A stretch of DNA of 64,000 nucleotides from Chrysomallon squamiferum (GCA_012295275.1 CM022666.1:8184001-8248000), one strand, 5' to 3'. Counted from the first letter of the stretch, positions 44,902-58,924 are shown. Program-made: numbers and translations. Notes: generated by a model not told the origin, from the letters alone.

Positions 44902-45716
44902 TAAATATCAGAAAACAAAACTTGATATCATGTCTTTCAATATGTTTCTTTCATTATAATTATAAAATATATATTTTTTTATTTTATAAAATTTCATTTA
45001 TCACTCACTTACAATTACATCAAAAGACAAAAGCACTTCAGACCATTTGTTTTCAAGTGCTGTAACTTCAGTTCTCATTCCCTCGACTTGACGTCACTCT
45101 AGTCTCGCTCACTAAGAACGACTGTGGAATGTCGCATTCTACAAAGAACAAAACACTCTCGAGGCTACAAACCCGATATTCTTGACGTTCTGTGTACTAC
45201 CTTCTTTTTCTTGACGTTTCAAGTAGCTGATATTCTTGACGTTTTTACGAAAGCCCTCGCGGTCTGACTTAGCGGGGAAATAAAACAACAAACCGTAAAG
45301 ATGCCTCTCGCGTTTTCTACCTGTCAGAAATAAGTGGCGTTAATTAATTCCACCTGCAGATCGCTATTGTGTTAGGGCGAGGTATGTTACTGCGCAAACA
45401 CTGTTGTATTTGTAAATTAAATACAAAGAATATCGGAAGTTTCCTTAGGAAAAAAAAAGATAAGAAAAGAAGTATTAATAACTTCTTATTTCCTTTGTAG
45501 TCTATTTTAGTTCTAATATTTAAACCAGAGATTAGGTTGAAATATCAATACACACACACACATACATTTACACTTACATATAATCACACACACATGCACA
45601 CTCATACATACATACATACATAAACACACACACACACACATATATATGTATATATATATATAAGTGTTTTTAGAGTGAAGTGGAGAGGAGAGATATGGAT
45701 AGTATATGTAAACGTT

Positions 45717-45789
<73 letters not shown>

Positions 45790-46247
45790 GACTGACAAAC
45801 AAAGTTCAACCTTTATCAGAATAGTTATTTATATATGAGTGCGTGTGCTTTTTAGATTTATCGAGTTATCGGTTTAAACTTATTTATTTATTTTTTTATT
45901 TATTTTAAATCTCGCCTATTAATTTCTCTTTAATCTCAAGAACGATCCAGACAGCTCTTTGGATTCTATAAACATGCTGCAATTAACTGATAGCGTTGTC
46001 TTGCAGAAATCATTAACACACTCACCGTGAAGACGTGTATGTATAAAATGAACTCGTAAAAGCAGCTGACGGTGGTCTCCAAAGGATTAAGATGAATCGA
46101 AGATCACTGGAGAGAGCATTCGATGGTTTTAGCTTGTGAACGACATCCCAGTGACACTTGTGAAATTCCAGGATGTTTTAATGATTTTATTTGATGTTTT
46201 AATTCCTTTTCCAGAGAAAAAAAGAGGGAGGGAGGGAGGGAGGGAGG

Positions 46248-46384
<137 letters not shown>

Positions 46385-46810
46385 ACTGTTAAATAATTGC
46401 ATTTCAAAAATAAATATTTATGTTATAGCTGTTTACTAATATGCCTTGCCCATAATAGATGTGCTTGAACATTAATTTAGATTTATTAATATTTCCGTAT
46501 TATTATCTGTACCTACAAAATAGATGGATAATATTGAAATAGATAAAAGTTTAAGCCTTACACAGACGAAAGATATTTCCTGAAGGGTTTGCAGGTGATG
46601 CTCTTATTTTACAAATAAACGCCAAAGGTAAACATTTTGATGTGTTAACAGCCTGATGATATATCTCTCCTGTTTCCATACTCGATAAATATTTCCATCT
46701 TGAATGATTATATTTTTATCAAAACAAAATTTTGTAGGATTGAAAAATGGCACGCGGTCAAAATGATGGTCTGTAATAATAATAATAAAAATATTACTAC
46801 AAATTTGAAA

Positions 46811-46953
<143 letters not shown>

Positions 46954-47815
46954 AACAAAAGTTTCGATTTAGACGGTTCTATAAACGGGTATATGCTCAC
47001 CAAACAGCAAGTTAATTTACTGTAGAAACAAATTGTGGATTCCTAAAATATCCCAACCTTTGTTTATTAAAATAGCCACAAATATATCCAGCGATATGTA
47101 TCATATACATATATACACATCCGTGGCATACCTTTAGTATATACACACACACGTACAATACAGATGTTATCCACCTCATCTTTAATTACTTTCAGATGCT
47201 GGTTTGACTTGTTATGGATCCTGCCTTTCTGTTTAATGTCTTTGGTAAGGAAACATCTGTCTGGCACTAGCAGAACACAAGAACGGCTGGACTGTTCAAG
47301 TTCTGTTTTCTACACAGTCGTAAAAAGTTCTTTGAAAATCAGGAAACATCAGCGAAGTGGTGATAACTGCGCATGTCAGCGATGTTTTCGTTAGGTCAGA
47401 TTTTTATGTCCGTTTTTTTTTTTCTTCACTCTCTCTAATTCTTTTTCTTTTCTTTTTTTCGCTTTCTTGCACGTGTCTGTATAATCAAATTTAAAGGTGA
47501 GTGAATCAGACGCGGGTGGTGGGTAAAGGGGGGGTTCTGGATGTGGGTTAAAGAACTGTGAAGCTATCAGTAACTCTGGAGTGATGATGGAAAGGCTCAA
47601 ATAAAGTGTCAGTTATTGGATGTGAAGGAAATATATCTGAATGAAAAATGATTTCTTTTCTTTTTCTTCTAGAAATGGTGGAGTTGTAGTAGTAGTTGTA
47701 GTGGAAGTGATAATGGAAATACTGGTTGTAGTAGTGGTGCAAACAAGAAGAAAGAAATAAAGAAAGAAGCAATAACAAAAACAACAACGATAATAATAAC
47801 AACAACAACAACAAC

Positions 47816-47875
<60 letters not shown>

Positions 47876-48732
47876 TATTATTATTATTATTATTAAGTAT
47901 TTAATTATTCTCTTTATATATATATATTTTTCTCTGATAGCGTTTCGTTTTTTCTCACCGAGAGCCATACAACCGATCAGTTATAAAAGACTTCAAACAA
48001 AAACTATTATTTTTGTCTCTTCACAGTCCGATTCCTATTAATATTAATGAAGTCTGCTTCCGGTGCATGTGTCTCGATGTCCAGAGACTGTTTTCCTAAA
48101 GCGGAATGTCGATAATGTATCAGTCTGATTCATCACCGAAAAGCAACAGAACGAATAAAAGACGATTTTCACTGAAAATAGCCTAATTTCTTTTTCTTTT
48201 TTAAAAATATAAATACCAGTCTATCAGAGAATGTTACCGGACGATAACGTAATGACATCTTCGTTTCGTTTCGTATTATGCAATTTCCATTTTTCGATAA
48301 TTCCCTTCGCCGGAAATTGCACGGTTAACGTTTATCGTAAAATAAATACAGTGTTCATGTCATTATAATGCATACCGAATCTTACTATATTTTCTTGCTG
48401 TTAATAAAATTACTGTCAGCATCAGTTATGTTGAATACAAACAGTTCCAGATATCAAAACTCGTTTCAGTTAAATTCGATCTTTTTTCTTCGTCGACTGA
48501 TTGATCGTGGATGCCTCTATCGAGCGGCCATTTTGAAGAGAGAAAATTGATTTTCATTCCGATTACTTAATTTCTGTGATTATTCAGTTACGTCTAGCTA
48601 ATAACCTGTTTTAAAGGACTACGAGTTTGAAGTCCGGAAAATTTAGTTTAAAATATCTGATTTTATTTTTATAAATAGAGAATAAGACAACTTAAACCTT
48701 ACTTTATTAGTCAGTTTAAAATTGTTCTCTCT

Positions 48733-48829
<97 letters not shown>

Positions 48830-50093
48830 AAACTATCCCCCTATCCCTTATTTATCATCCTTCACAATAATATGTTGATGATGGTGATTATAACAAATAA
48901 GAAAACAAAAATTAACGTGTTTCTTAAAATTATTACGACATCAGTAAAACATAACTGGTCAGTGTAACGTTTCTAAAGAACTGTTACATAAAATCATTTC
49001 TTCTTATCATCGTATTCCTTTCAACAAGGTCGCAAATTAGTTATTTTAGAAATATTCAAATATTGTTGCTATTTACGTGCACGTGCAACCCGCGCCACTA
49101 ACTCGTACACATAACGTCATTTTCGGCCATGTTTTCACCACCTCCCGTTGAAAGATTGGCAGCGATGAAACCGGTTTCGGATTTTTGGCAAGGGGCCAAG
49201 TGAAAGATTTGTTAGTTAATGAATAGTGTAATTGTTAGTAGCAATATTTGATAGAGATAGAAAAACAAACAGGACAGGAGGCGAGGAGATGTCAGAAACA
49301 CGGCCGTTATCAGAAAGTCTAAATATTTATTTCTTGAAAGAAAGCGCGAACTGGTCTCAGTGAAATCTGACGTCTGCTATCTAATGGGAAAGTTAAGCTT
49401 TACTTTTCTTCGTTCTTTTTTCTTTCTTTCTTTCTTTCTTTCTTTCTTACTTTCTTCCTTTTTAATTAATTTAAGCTGACATAGCTGAATTTTCGAACGA
49501 CACTTTAATTCTCGAGATTGTCTGCTTAATCTTCTCTGCGTTTTCTATTTGTGTTTAAACTGAATTAGATGTGAGTTATGATAACATAAAACTGGACATT
49601 TGTGTGTTACCTTCTGCCAAATTTCTTAATGCTGCAAAGTGCATGTTTGCTGTAGATTCACATTTTTATTGTTATTTTTAAAAAAAAATTGTTTAAATGT
49701 TGCCAGAATGTAACCACATAGTTGACTCTAGAATATACAAATAACGCAGTAAGTAAATAAGTAAGTAAACAATTAGTAGTAAGTAAATTACCAAGGAACT
49801 AAGTAGTAAGTAAGAGATATAATTCACTAATTTACAATGCATCACTACCACCAACATATTATATTCATATATCGTTAAATCTGTAATATAAATAAATAAA
49901 TAAATAGTCGATGTCAGTCTGTCTTTAGAAATGCAGTATTACAATCAAACCATTCTACTTGATATCCTTCAACAAATAAATAAATAAAAAATTAAAAATC
50001 AAAAAATAAATAAAAGAAAAAGAAACAAAACAAACAAAAAAATAATAAACCAACAGCAAAGAAACAAAATAAAACAAATACTACCAAGCAACA

Positions 50094-50145
<52 letters not shown>

Positions 50146-50642
50146 CATAAGAAGAAGTAAAAACAAAAATAAATAAGTAGGAAGTAGAAAGACATAAAAG
50201 GAACAAAAGACGTTTTGTTTTAATCTAGTTAAGTTTCAGCTCACTTCCGGTTCGCCGTGGTCTGCATAAGTAAGTAATCAGTGACATGAAAGACATGTTG
50301 CGTGACATTACGAGAACATGTGGGATAACTCTGGTTATCAAGGGAGAGAACAAACGTGTGTTTTAATTAAACACATGTTTCGCAATTACCAGTCAAACGT
50401 TTCCGTGTTTTCACAGGTCAGTTACTGGCGTCCAGAAATCTGTTACGCTTGTTCCACTGTTTCCACGTCGTTTAAGCGAAATCACACCGCACGACTTGAC
50501 TCGCGTATTTTCTTTTGTATTCTGTTACACAGACCCGCAGCCTCTTGAATATAATCTTTTATTTTCTGTAGTCGTCCATTTAATGTCTAATTATTCTTTT
50601 TCTTGCTGTATCTCACCTTTTATATCTGTCTCTTCTGTACCA

Positions 50643-50830
<188 letters not shown>

Positions 50831-51543
50831 GTTTGTATGTGTCACTTTTTGTAATTTTCTCTCTTCTTATCTTTCTCTTTATAAGTATGTATACAAGCTG
50901 CATAATATATGATAAAGTATTATACTCTATATATGTCTCGGTTTATATTCCAGTAACATAATTATACAAACGAATTCACAAACAAAAATGCAGTTGTCCA
51001 TGTACATGCACGCCTTACGAGAAAGAAAGGATTTTTATATAAAACATTAACTAATCAAGGCCAGTAATTCTTGTTTAGGTTCTTAGGTAAGAAAACAAAA
51101 TGTTTTTCCTTCATCTATAACTGTTATTTGAAAAGCACAAAATAAATAAATAAATAAATAAATAAATAAAAAAATAAAATAAAATAAAATAAAATAAAAT
51201 AAAAAAATAAAATAAAACAAAATAAAATAAAATAAAATAAAATAAATAATAATAATAATAATAATAAAATAAATAGAATACACATAGCACCTTCAGTAAT
51301 AATGATAATAATGTTAATGATGATAATAATAATAATACATGTAGCTGTAGTTGTAGTAGTAGTAGCAGAAGCAGCAGCAGCAGTAGTAACAGTAGTAGTC
51401 ATAGCTGTAGTAGTAGCAGGTACTTGTAGGTAAGTATTGTAGTAATAATAAAACTAGTAGTTGTAACAGTAGCTGAGAGACAGACAGACAGACAAACAGA
51501 CATACAGAAATAGAGAGAGAGATTTACCGATATTATAATTATA

Positions 51544-51600
<57 letters not shown>

Positions 51601-52568
51601 GTTATTATTATTCAAATTTAATACGTACCTCCTTGTCGAGCTGAATCTATTTTCGAAACCAGAATTATCGACAGAATACCCAAAATGATAAATCCGTAAC
51701 TGGAAGCAGTTTTCACGAAAACAGTTTTCATTTTCTTTGTCGTTTTCGCATGTATCCCATTCAACAAACGCACTGACTAGCTCATCACAACACTGACAAA
51801 GTCGTCGTAGAAGTTACCATAACAACTGGGCGGAGCGACACTCGACGAGTCACTGTCCCCGTAGACATTTCGACCAATCAGATTTCAGTACAGTAATCAC
51901 TTGTAACAGAACCTCTGATTGAATATTGTGTTTTGTAAAGGAGCCATTGATTCCAAAGGCGCGTTTTTCTTCCACAATGGGTTTCAATATATCCCCCTGC
52001 TCGTTCATTAGCTGACTCGACTCCGCGGCGCGTTACTAAAATTAGATCTCTCCGCTTCTCTGTGAACACGTAAGTCAGATCGGGTTCACGGATAGAGCTC
52101 GCTGCTGTTCGGTTCTTCTTCAACGTCTCTGAAAGTAGCAGACGAGTTCTTGAAGATAAGTCTTCATAACTGCTGCTGCTACAAATGTCTTCGATTGAAG
52201 AAGCTACTTAATACATATATACGTGTGTGTGTATATATATGTATGTATGTATATATATATATGTATGTATGTGTGTGCGTACGTGTGTATATATGTGTGT
52301 GTCTCTGTTTATGTATATATATATATATATGAGACGTAGGAATACAGTTTAATACTCACATATATTTTGTACATTTCAAGTGATTGTTTTATTTTTTTGT
52401 TACAGATAATTCCTGAAGAGCCCCATTTCCAACTAGCAAAAGTATATGTTATATAATTTATGGAGGAAAGTATTTATTACTAGGATTCGGTGTTTGTTAA
52501 TAATAAATTTTTACAATAAAAAATAATAATAATAATTAAAAAAAATTAGTAAATAAATTAAAACAAAT

Positions 52569-52641
52569 TGGAGATGCAGGATATCGATCCCCGTACCTCT
52601 CACATGCTAAGCGAGCGCTCTACCATCTGAGCTACATCCCC
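52569..52641 (-). tRNA. tRNA-Ala(AGC) array copy A1 (G60A, C61T)
   Basis: Full length; B-box/T-stem substitutions. Confidence 0.65.
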
Positions 52642-52742
52642 ATGCTTTTCAAAATCGGTAAAGTACAACATAATTAATTGGTAAATAACATAGTTAATTC
52701 ATTAAGAAAGAAAATGAATTAACGAAAAAAAAAAAAAAATAT

Positions 52743-52815
52743 TGGAGATGCAGGGCATCGATCCCAGTACCTCTCACATGCAAAGCGAGCGCCCTACCAT
52801 CTGAGCTACATCCCC
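52743..52815 (-). tRNA. tRNA-Ala(TGC) array copy B1 (A23G, G50T)
   Basis: AGC-type body with TGC anticodon; U50:U64 mismatch. Confidence 0.65.
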
Positions 52816-52922
52816 TGGCTTTTCTAAATCTGTAAATTACAACATAGTTAATCGGTAAATAACATTGTTAATTCATTAAGAAGGAAAAGGAAAGTACGAA
52901 AAAAAAGGACAAATATTGTTAT

Positions 52923-52995
52923 TGGAGATGCAGGGCATCGATCCCCGTACCTCTCACATGCTAAGCGAGCGTTCTACCATCTGAGCTACATCCCC
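52923..52995 (-). tRNA. tRNA-Ala(AGC) array copy C1 (G24A)
   Basis: Single D-stem mismatch. Confidence 0.72.
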
Positions 52996-53094
52996 TTGCT
53001 TTTCTAAATCGATAAAGTACAACATAGTTAATTGGTAAATAACATAGTTAATTCATTAAGAAAGAAAATGAAAGAAGGAAAGAAAGACAAACAT

Positions 53095-53167
53095 TGGAGA
53101 TGCAGGGCATCGATCCCAGTACCTTATACATGCTAAGCGAGCGCTCTACCATCTGATCTAAATTGCC
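53095..53167 (-). pseudogene. tRNA-Ala pseudogene D1
   Basis: Acceptor 5' strand GGCAATT; anticodon stem broken. Confidence 0.8.
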
Positions 53168-53267
53168 ATGCTTTTCTAAATCGGTAAAGTACAACATAGT
53201 TAATTGGTAAATAACATACTTAATTCATTAAGAAAGAAAATGAATTAACGAAAAAAACGACAAATAT

Positions 53268-53321
53268 TGGAGATGCAGGGCATCGATCCCAGTACCTCTC
53301 ACATGCTAAGCGAGCGCTCTA
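53268..53321 (-). pseudogene. 5'-truncated tRNA-Ala E1 (nt 20-73)
   Basis: Lacks the first 19 nt. Confidence 0.8.
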
Positions 53322-53533
53322 TTATTTTTCATTATTTTTTTAATTCATAACAAGTGAAATTAAGGAAAGATGGAAGGAAATGAACAAAAGAAAACAAAAG
53401 AATAAATGGCATTAAAAGAAACACTGACAGAGATTTTTAAATTTGAAGGTTACGATTATCGATAAATCAGATCTATCGATACTTTCTATCTCAGAATTTG
53501 AAACACTGGCTTTGACTGGCTGTAGACAGATAT

Positions 53534-53606
53534 GTTCATGTAGCTCGGCTGGTAGAGCGCTCGCGTATTCTGTGACAAATACGGTGAACGAAGCCTTGCA
53601 TATCCC
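53534..53606 (+). pseudogene. Highly degenerate tRNA-Ala-like F1
   Basis: GTTCATGTAGCTCGGCTGGTAGAGCGCTCGCGTATTCTGTGACAAATACGGTGAACGAAGCCTTGCATATCCC aligns gap-free over 73 nt to consensus. Confidence 0.7.
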
Positions 53607-53620
53607 GTATTTATCTATTG

Positions 53621-53660
<40 letters not shown>

Positions 53661-53906
53661 TTTTTAAATTCGTCTTCTTCGTTGTTATTATTAGCATCGT
53701 CATCATTGTCGTCTTATCATTTTCGTTATCATTTTCTTCTTCTTCACTGTAATCATAGTATTACTATTTAGATTATTAATACAACTACTGTTTCTACTAT
53801 TATTACTATTACTACTTTTACGGCTCTTTACAGATATTTAAAATATATTTAAAATACAGATATTTAAAATACAACGTTAATAAATTTATCGATAATAATA
53901 ACGGGG

Positions 53907-54069
<163 letters not shown>

Positions 54070-54084
54070 CACAAAAAGGGTGAT

Positions 54085-54157
54085 TGGAGATGCAGGGCAT
54101 CGATCCCCCTACTTCTCACATGCAAAGCGTGCGCTCTACCATCTGAGCCACATCCCC
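54085..54157 (-). tRNA. tRNA-Ala(TGC) array copy A2 (A9G, T28A, G45A, C49G), probably defective
   Basis: Full length, two stem mismatches. Confidence 0.55.
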
Positions 54158-54260
54158 ATGCTTTTCAAAATCGGTAAAGTACAACATAATTAATTGGTAA
54201 ATAACATAGTTAATTCATTAAGAAAGAAAATGAATTAACGAAAAAAAAAAAGACAAATAT

Positions 54261-54333
54261 TGGAGATGCAGGGCATCGATCCCAGTACCTCTCACATGCA
54301 AAGCGAGCGCACTACCATCTGAGCTACATCCCC
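54261..54333 (-). tRNA. tRNA-Ala(TGC) array copy B2 (A23T, G50T)
   Basis: Full length, two stem mismatches. Confidence 0.55.
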
Positions 54334-54440
54334 TGGCTTTTCTAAATCTGTAAATTACAACATAGTTAATCGGTAAATAACATTGTTAATTCATTAAGAA
54401 GGAAAAGGAAAGTACGAAAAAAAAGGACAAATATTATTGT

Positions 54441-54513
54441 TGGAGATGCAGGGCATCGATCCACGTACCTCTCACATGCTAAGCGAGCGTTCTACCATCT
54501 GAGCTACATCCCC
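54441..54513 (-). tRNA. tRNA-Ala(AGC) array copy C2 (G24A, G51T)
   Basis: Full length, two stem mismatches. Confidence 0.58.
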
Positions 54514-54612
54514 TTGCTTTTCTAAATCGATAAAGTACAACATAGTTAATTGGTAAATAACATAGTTAATTCATTAAGAAAGAAAATGAAAGAAGGAAAG
54601 AAAGACAAACAT

Positions 54613-54685
54613 TGGAGATGCAGGGCATCGATCCCAGTACCTTATACATGCTAAGCGAGCGCTCTACCATCTGATCTAAATTGCA
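54613..54685 (-). pseudogene. tRNA-Ala pseudogene D2
   Basis: As D1, plus G1T. Confidence 0.8.
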
Positions 54686-54785
54686 ATGCTTTTCTAAATC
54701 GGTAAAGTACAACATAGTTAATTGGTAAATAACATACTTAATTCATTAAGAAAGAAAATGAATTAACGAAAAAAACGACAAATAT

Positions 54786-54839
54786 TGGAGATGCAGGGCA
54801 TCGATCCCAGTACCTCTCACATGCTAAGCGAGCGCTCTA
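54786..54839 (-). pseudogene. 5'-truncated tRNA-Ala E2
   Basis: As E1. Confidence 0.8.
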
Positions 54840-55051
54840 TTATTTTTCATTATTTTTTTAATTCATAACAAGTGAAATTAAGGAAAGATGGAAGGAAATG
54901 AACAAAAGAAAACAAAAGAATAAATGGCATTAAAAGAAACACTGACAGAGATTTTTAAATTTGAAGATTACGATTATCGATAAATCAGATCTATCGATAC
55001 TTTCTATCTCAGAATTTGAAACACTGGCTTTGACTGGCTGTAGACAGATAT

Positions 55052-55124
55052 GTTCATGTAGCTCGGCTGGTAGAGCGCTCGCGTATTCTGTGACAAATAC
55101 GGTGAACGAAGCCTTGCATATCCC
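55052..55124 (+). pseudogene. Degenerate tRNA-Ala-like F2
   Basis: As F1. Confidence 0.7.
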
Positions 55125-55138
55125 GTATTTATCTATTG

Positions 55139-55178
<40 letters not shown>

Positions 55179-55396
55179 TTTAAATTCGTCTTCTTCGTTG
55201 TTATTATTAGCATCGTCATCATTGTCGTCTTATCATTTTCGTTATCATTTTCTTCTTCTTCACTGTAATCATAGTATTACTATTTAGATTATTAATACAA
55301 CTACTGTTTCTACTATTATTACTATTACTACTTTTACGGCTCTTTACAGATATTTAAAATACAACGTTAATAAATTTATCGATAATAATAACGGGG

Positions 55397-55567
<171 letters not shown>

Positions 55568-55582
55568 CACAAAAAGGGTAAT

Positions 55583-55655
55583 TGGAGATGCAGGGCATCG
55601 ATCCCCGTACTTCTCACATGCAAAGCGTGCGCTCTACCATCTGAGCCACATCCCC
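55583..55655 (-). tRNA. tRNA-Ala(TGC) array copy A3 (A9G, T28A, G45A)
   Basis: Full length, A28:A42 mismatch. Confidence 0.62.
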
Positions 55656-55754
55656 ATGCTTTTCAAAATCGGTAAAGTACAACATAATTAATTGGTAAAT
55701 AACATAGTTAATTCATTAAGAAAGAAAATGAATTAACGAAAAAAAAACAAACAT

Positions 55755-55827
55755 TGGAGATGCAGGGCATCGATCCCAGTACCTCTCACATGCAAAGCGA
55801 GCGCCCTACCATCTGAGCTACATCCCC
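55755..55827 (-). tRNA. tRNA-Ala(TGC) array copy B3
   Basis: As B1. Confidence 0.65.
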
Positions 55828-55934
55828 TGGCTTTTCTAAATCTGTAAATTACAACATAGTTAATCGGTAAATAACATTGTTAATTCATTAAGAAGGAAAA
55901 GGAAAGTACGAAAAAAAAGGACAAATATTGTTAT

Positions 55935-56007
55935 TGGAGATGCAGGGCATCGATCCCCGTACCTCTCACATGCTAAGCGAGCGTTCTACCATCTGAGCTA
56001 CATCCCC
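55935..56007 (-). tRNA. tRNA-Ala(AGC) array copy C3
   Basis: As C1. Confidence 0.72.
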
Positions 56008-56106
56008 TTGCTTTTCTAAATCGATAAAGTACAACATAGTTAATTGGTAAATAACATAGTTAATTCATTAAGAAAGAAAATGAAAGAAGGAAAGAAAGAC
56101 AAACAT

Positions 56107-56179
56107 TGGAGATGCAGGGCATCGATCCCAGTACCTTATACATGCTAAGCGAGCGCTCTACCATCTGATCTAAATTGCC
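56107..56179 (-). pseudogene. tRNA-Ala pseudogene D3
   Basis: As D1. Confidence 0.8.
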
Positions 56180-56279
56180 ATGCTTTTCTAAATCGGTAAA
56201 GTACAACATAGTTAATTGGTAAATAACATACTTAATTCATTAAGAAAGAAAATGAATTAACGAAAAAAACGACAAATAT

Positions 56280-56333
56280 TGGAGATGCAGGGCATCGATC
56301 CCAGTACCTCTCACATGCTAAGCGAGCGCTCTA
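56280..56333 (-). pseudogene. 5'-truncated tRNA-Ala E3
   Basis: As E1. Confidence 0.8.
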
Positions 56334-56545
56334 TTATTTTTCATTATTTTTTTAATTCATAACAAGTGAAATTAAGGAAAGATGGAAGGAAATGAACAAA
56401 AGAAAACAAAAGAATAAATGGCATTAAAAGAAACACTGACAGAGATTTTTAAATTTGAAGGTTACGATTATCGATAAATCAGATCTATCGATACTTTCTA
56501 TCTCAGAATTTGAAACACTGGCTTTGACTGGCTGTAGACAGATAT

Positions 56546-56618
56546 GTTCATGTAGCTCGGCTGGTAGAGCGCTCGCGTATTCTGTGACAAATACGGTGAA
56601 CGAAGCCTTGCATATCCC
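56546..56618 (+). pseudogene. Degenerate tRNA-Ala-like F3
   Basis: As F1. Confidence 0.7.
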
Positions 56619-56632
56619 GTATTTATCTATTG

Positions 56633-56675
<43 letters not shown>

Positions 56676-56893
56676 TTTAAATTCGTCTTCTTCGTTGTTA
56701 TTATTAGCATCATCATCATTGTCGTCTTATCATTTTCGTTATCATTTTCTTCTTCTTCACTGTAATCATAGTATTACTATTTAGATTATTAATACAACTA
56801 CTGTTTCTACTATTATTACTATTACTACTTTTACGGCTCTTTACAGATATTTAAAATACAACGTTAATAAATTTATCGATAATAATAACGGGG

Positions 56894-57031
<138 letters not shown>

Positions 57032-57074
57032 AGAGAGAAGAAGAGAAAAAGGGATTAAGAAAGAGGGTAGTGAT

Positions 57075-57147
57075 TGGAGATGCAGGGCATCGATCCCCCT
57101 ACTTCTCACATGCAAAGCGTGCGCTCTACCATCTGAGCCACATCCCC
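57075..57147 (-). tRNA. tRNA-Ala(TGC) array copy A4
   Basis: As A2. Confidence 0.55.
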
Positions 57148-57269
57148 ATGCTTTTCAAAATCGGTAAAGTACAACATAATTAATTGGTAAATAACATAGT
57201 TAATTCATTAAGAAAGAAAATGAATTAACGAAAAAAAAAAAATAAAAAAAAAAAAAAAAAGACAAATAT

Positions 57270-57342
57270 TGGAGATGCAGGGCATCGATCCCAGTACCTC
57301 TCACATGCAAAGCGAGCGCACTACCATCTGAGCTACATCCCC
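57270..57342 (-). tRNA. tRNA-Ala(TGC) array copy B4
   Basis: As B2. Confidence 0.55.
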
Positions 57343-57449
57343 TGGCTTTTCTAAATCTGTAAATTACAACATAGTTAATCGGTAAATAACATTGTTAATT
57401 CATTAAGAAGGAAAAGGAAAGTACGAAAAAAAAGGACAAATATTATTGT

Positions 57450-57522
57450 TGGAGATGCAGGGCATCGATCCACGTACCTCTCACATGCTAAGCGAGCGTT
57501 CTACCATCTGAGCTACATCCCC
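57450..57522 (-). tRNA. tRNA-Ala(AGC) array copy C4
   Basis: As C2. Confidence 0.58.
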
Positions 57523-57621
57523 TTGCTTTTCTAAATCGATAAAGTACAACATAGTTAATTGGTAAATAACATAGTTAATTCATTAAGAAAGAAAATGAAA
57601 GAAGGAAAGAAAGACAAACAT

Positions 57622-57694
57622 TGGAGATGCAGGGCATCGATCCCAGTACCTTATACATGCTAAGCGAGCGCTCTACCATCTGATCTAAATTGCA
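57622..57694 (-). pseudogene. tRNA-Ala pseudogene D4
   Basis: As D2. Confidence 0.8.
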
Positions 57695-57794
57695 ATGCTT
57701 TTCTAAATCGGTAAAGTACAACATAGTTAATTGGTAAATAACATACTTAATTCATTAAGAAAGAAAATGAATTAACGAAAAAAACGACAAATAT

Positions 57795-57848
57795 TGGAGA
57801 TGCAGGGCATCGATCCCAGTACCTCTCACATGCTAAGCGAGCGCTCTA
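57795..57848 (-). pseudogene. 5'-truncated tRNA-Ala E4
   Basis: As E1. Confidence 0.8.
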
Positions 57849-58060
57849 TTATTTTTCATTATTTTTTTAATTCATAACAAGTGAAATTAAGGAAAGATGG
57901 AAGGAAATGAACAAAAGAAAACAAAAGAATAAATGGCATTAAAAGAAACACTGACAGAGATTTTTAAATTTGAAGGTTACGATTATCGATAAATCAGATC
58001 TATCGATACTTTCTATCTCAGAATTTGAAACACTGGCTTTGACTGGCTGTAGACAGATAT

Positions 58061-58133
58061 GTTCATGTAGCTCGGCTGGTAGAGCGCTCGCGTATTCTGT
58101 GACAAATACGGTGAACGAAGCCTTGCATATCCC
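58061..58133 (+). pseudogene. Degenerate tRNA-Ala-like F4
   Basis: As F1. Confidence 0.7.
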
Positions 58134-58147
58134 GTATTTATCTATTG

Positions 58148-58184
<37 letters not shown>

Positions 58185-58403
58185 TATTAAATTCGTCTTC
58201 TTCGTTGTTATTATTAGCATCATCATCATTGTCGTCTTATCATTTTCGTTATCATTTTCTTCTTCTTCACTGTAATCATAGTATTACTATTTAGATTATT
58301 AATACAACTACTGTTTCTACTATTATTACTATTACTACTTTTACGGCTCTTTACAGATATTTAAAATACAACGTTAATAAATTTATCGATAATAATAACG
58401 GGG

Positions 58404-58547
<144 letters not shown>

Positions 58548-58567
58548 AAAAACACAAAAAGGGTAAT

Positions 58568-58640
58568 TGGAGATGCAGGGCATCGATCCCCGTACTTCTC
58601 ACATGCAAAGCGTGCGCTCTACCATCTGAGCCACATCCCC
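58568..58640 (-). tRNA. tRNA-Ala(TGC) array copy A5
   Basis: As A3. Confidence 0.62.
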
Positions 58641-58744
58641 ATGCTTTTCAAAATCGGTAAAGTACAACATAATTAATTGGTAAATAACATAGTTAATTCA
58701 TTAAGAAAGAAAATGAATTAACGAAAAAAAAAAAAGACAAATAT

Positions 58745-58817
58745 TGGAGATGCAGGGCATCGATCCCAGTACCTCTCACATGCAAAGCGAGCGCACTACC
58801 ATCTGAGCTACATCCCC
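58745..58817 (-). tRNA. tRNA-Ala(TGC) array copy B5
   Basis: As B2. Confidence 0.55.
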
Positions 58818-58924
58818 TGGCTTTTCTAAATCTGTAAATTACAACATAGTTAATCGGTAAATAACATTGTTAATTCATTAAGAAGGAAAAGGAAAGTACG
58901 AAAAAAAAGGACAAATATTGTTAT

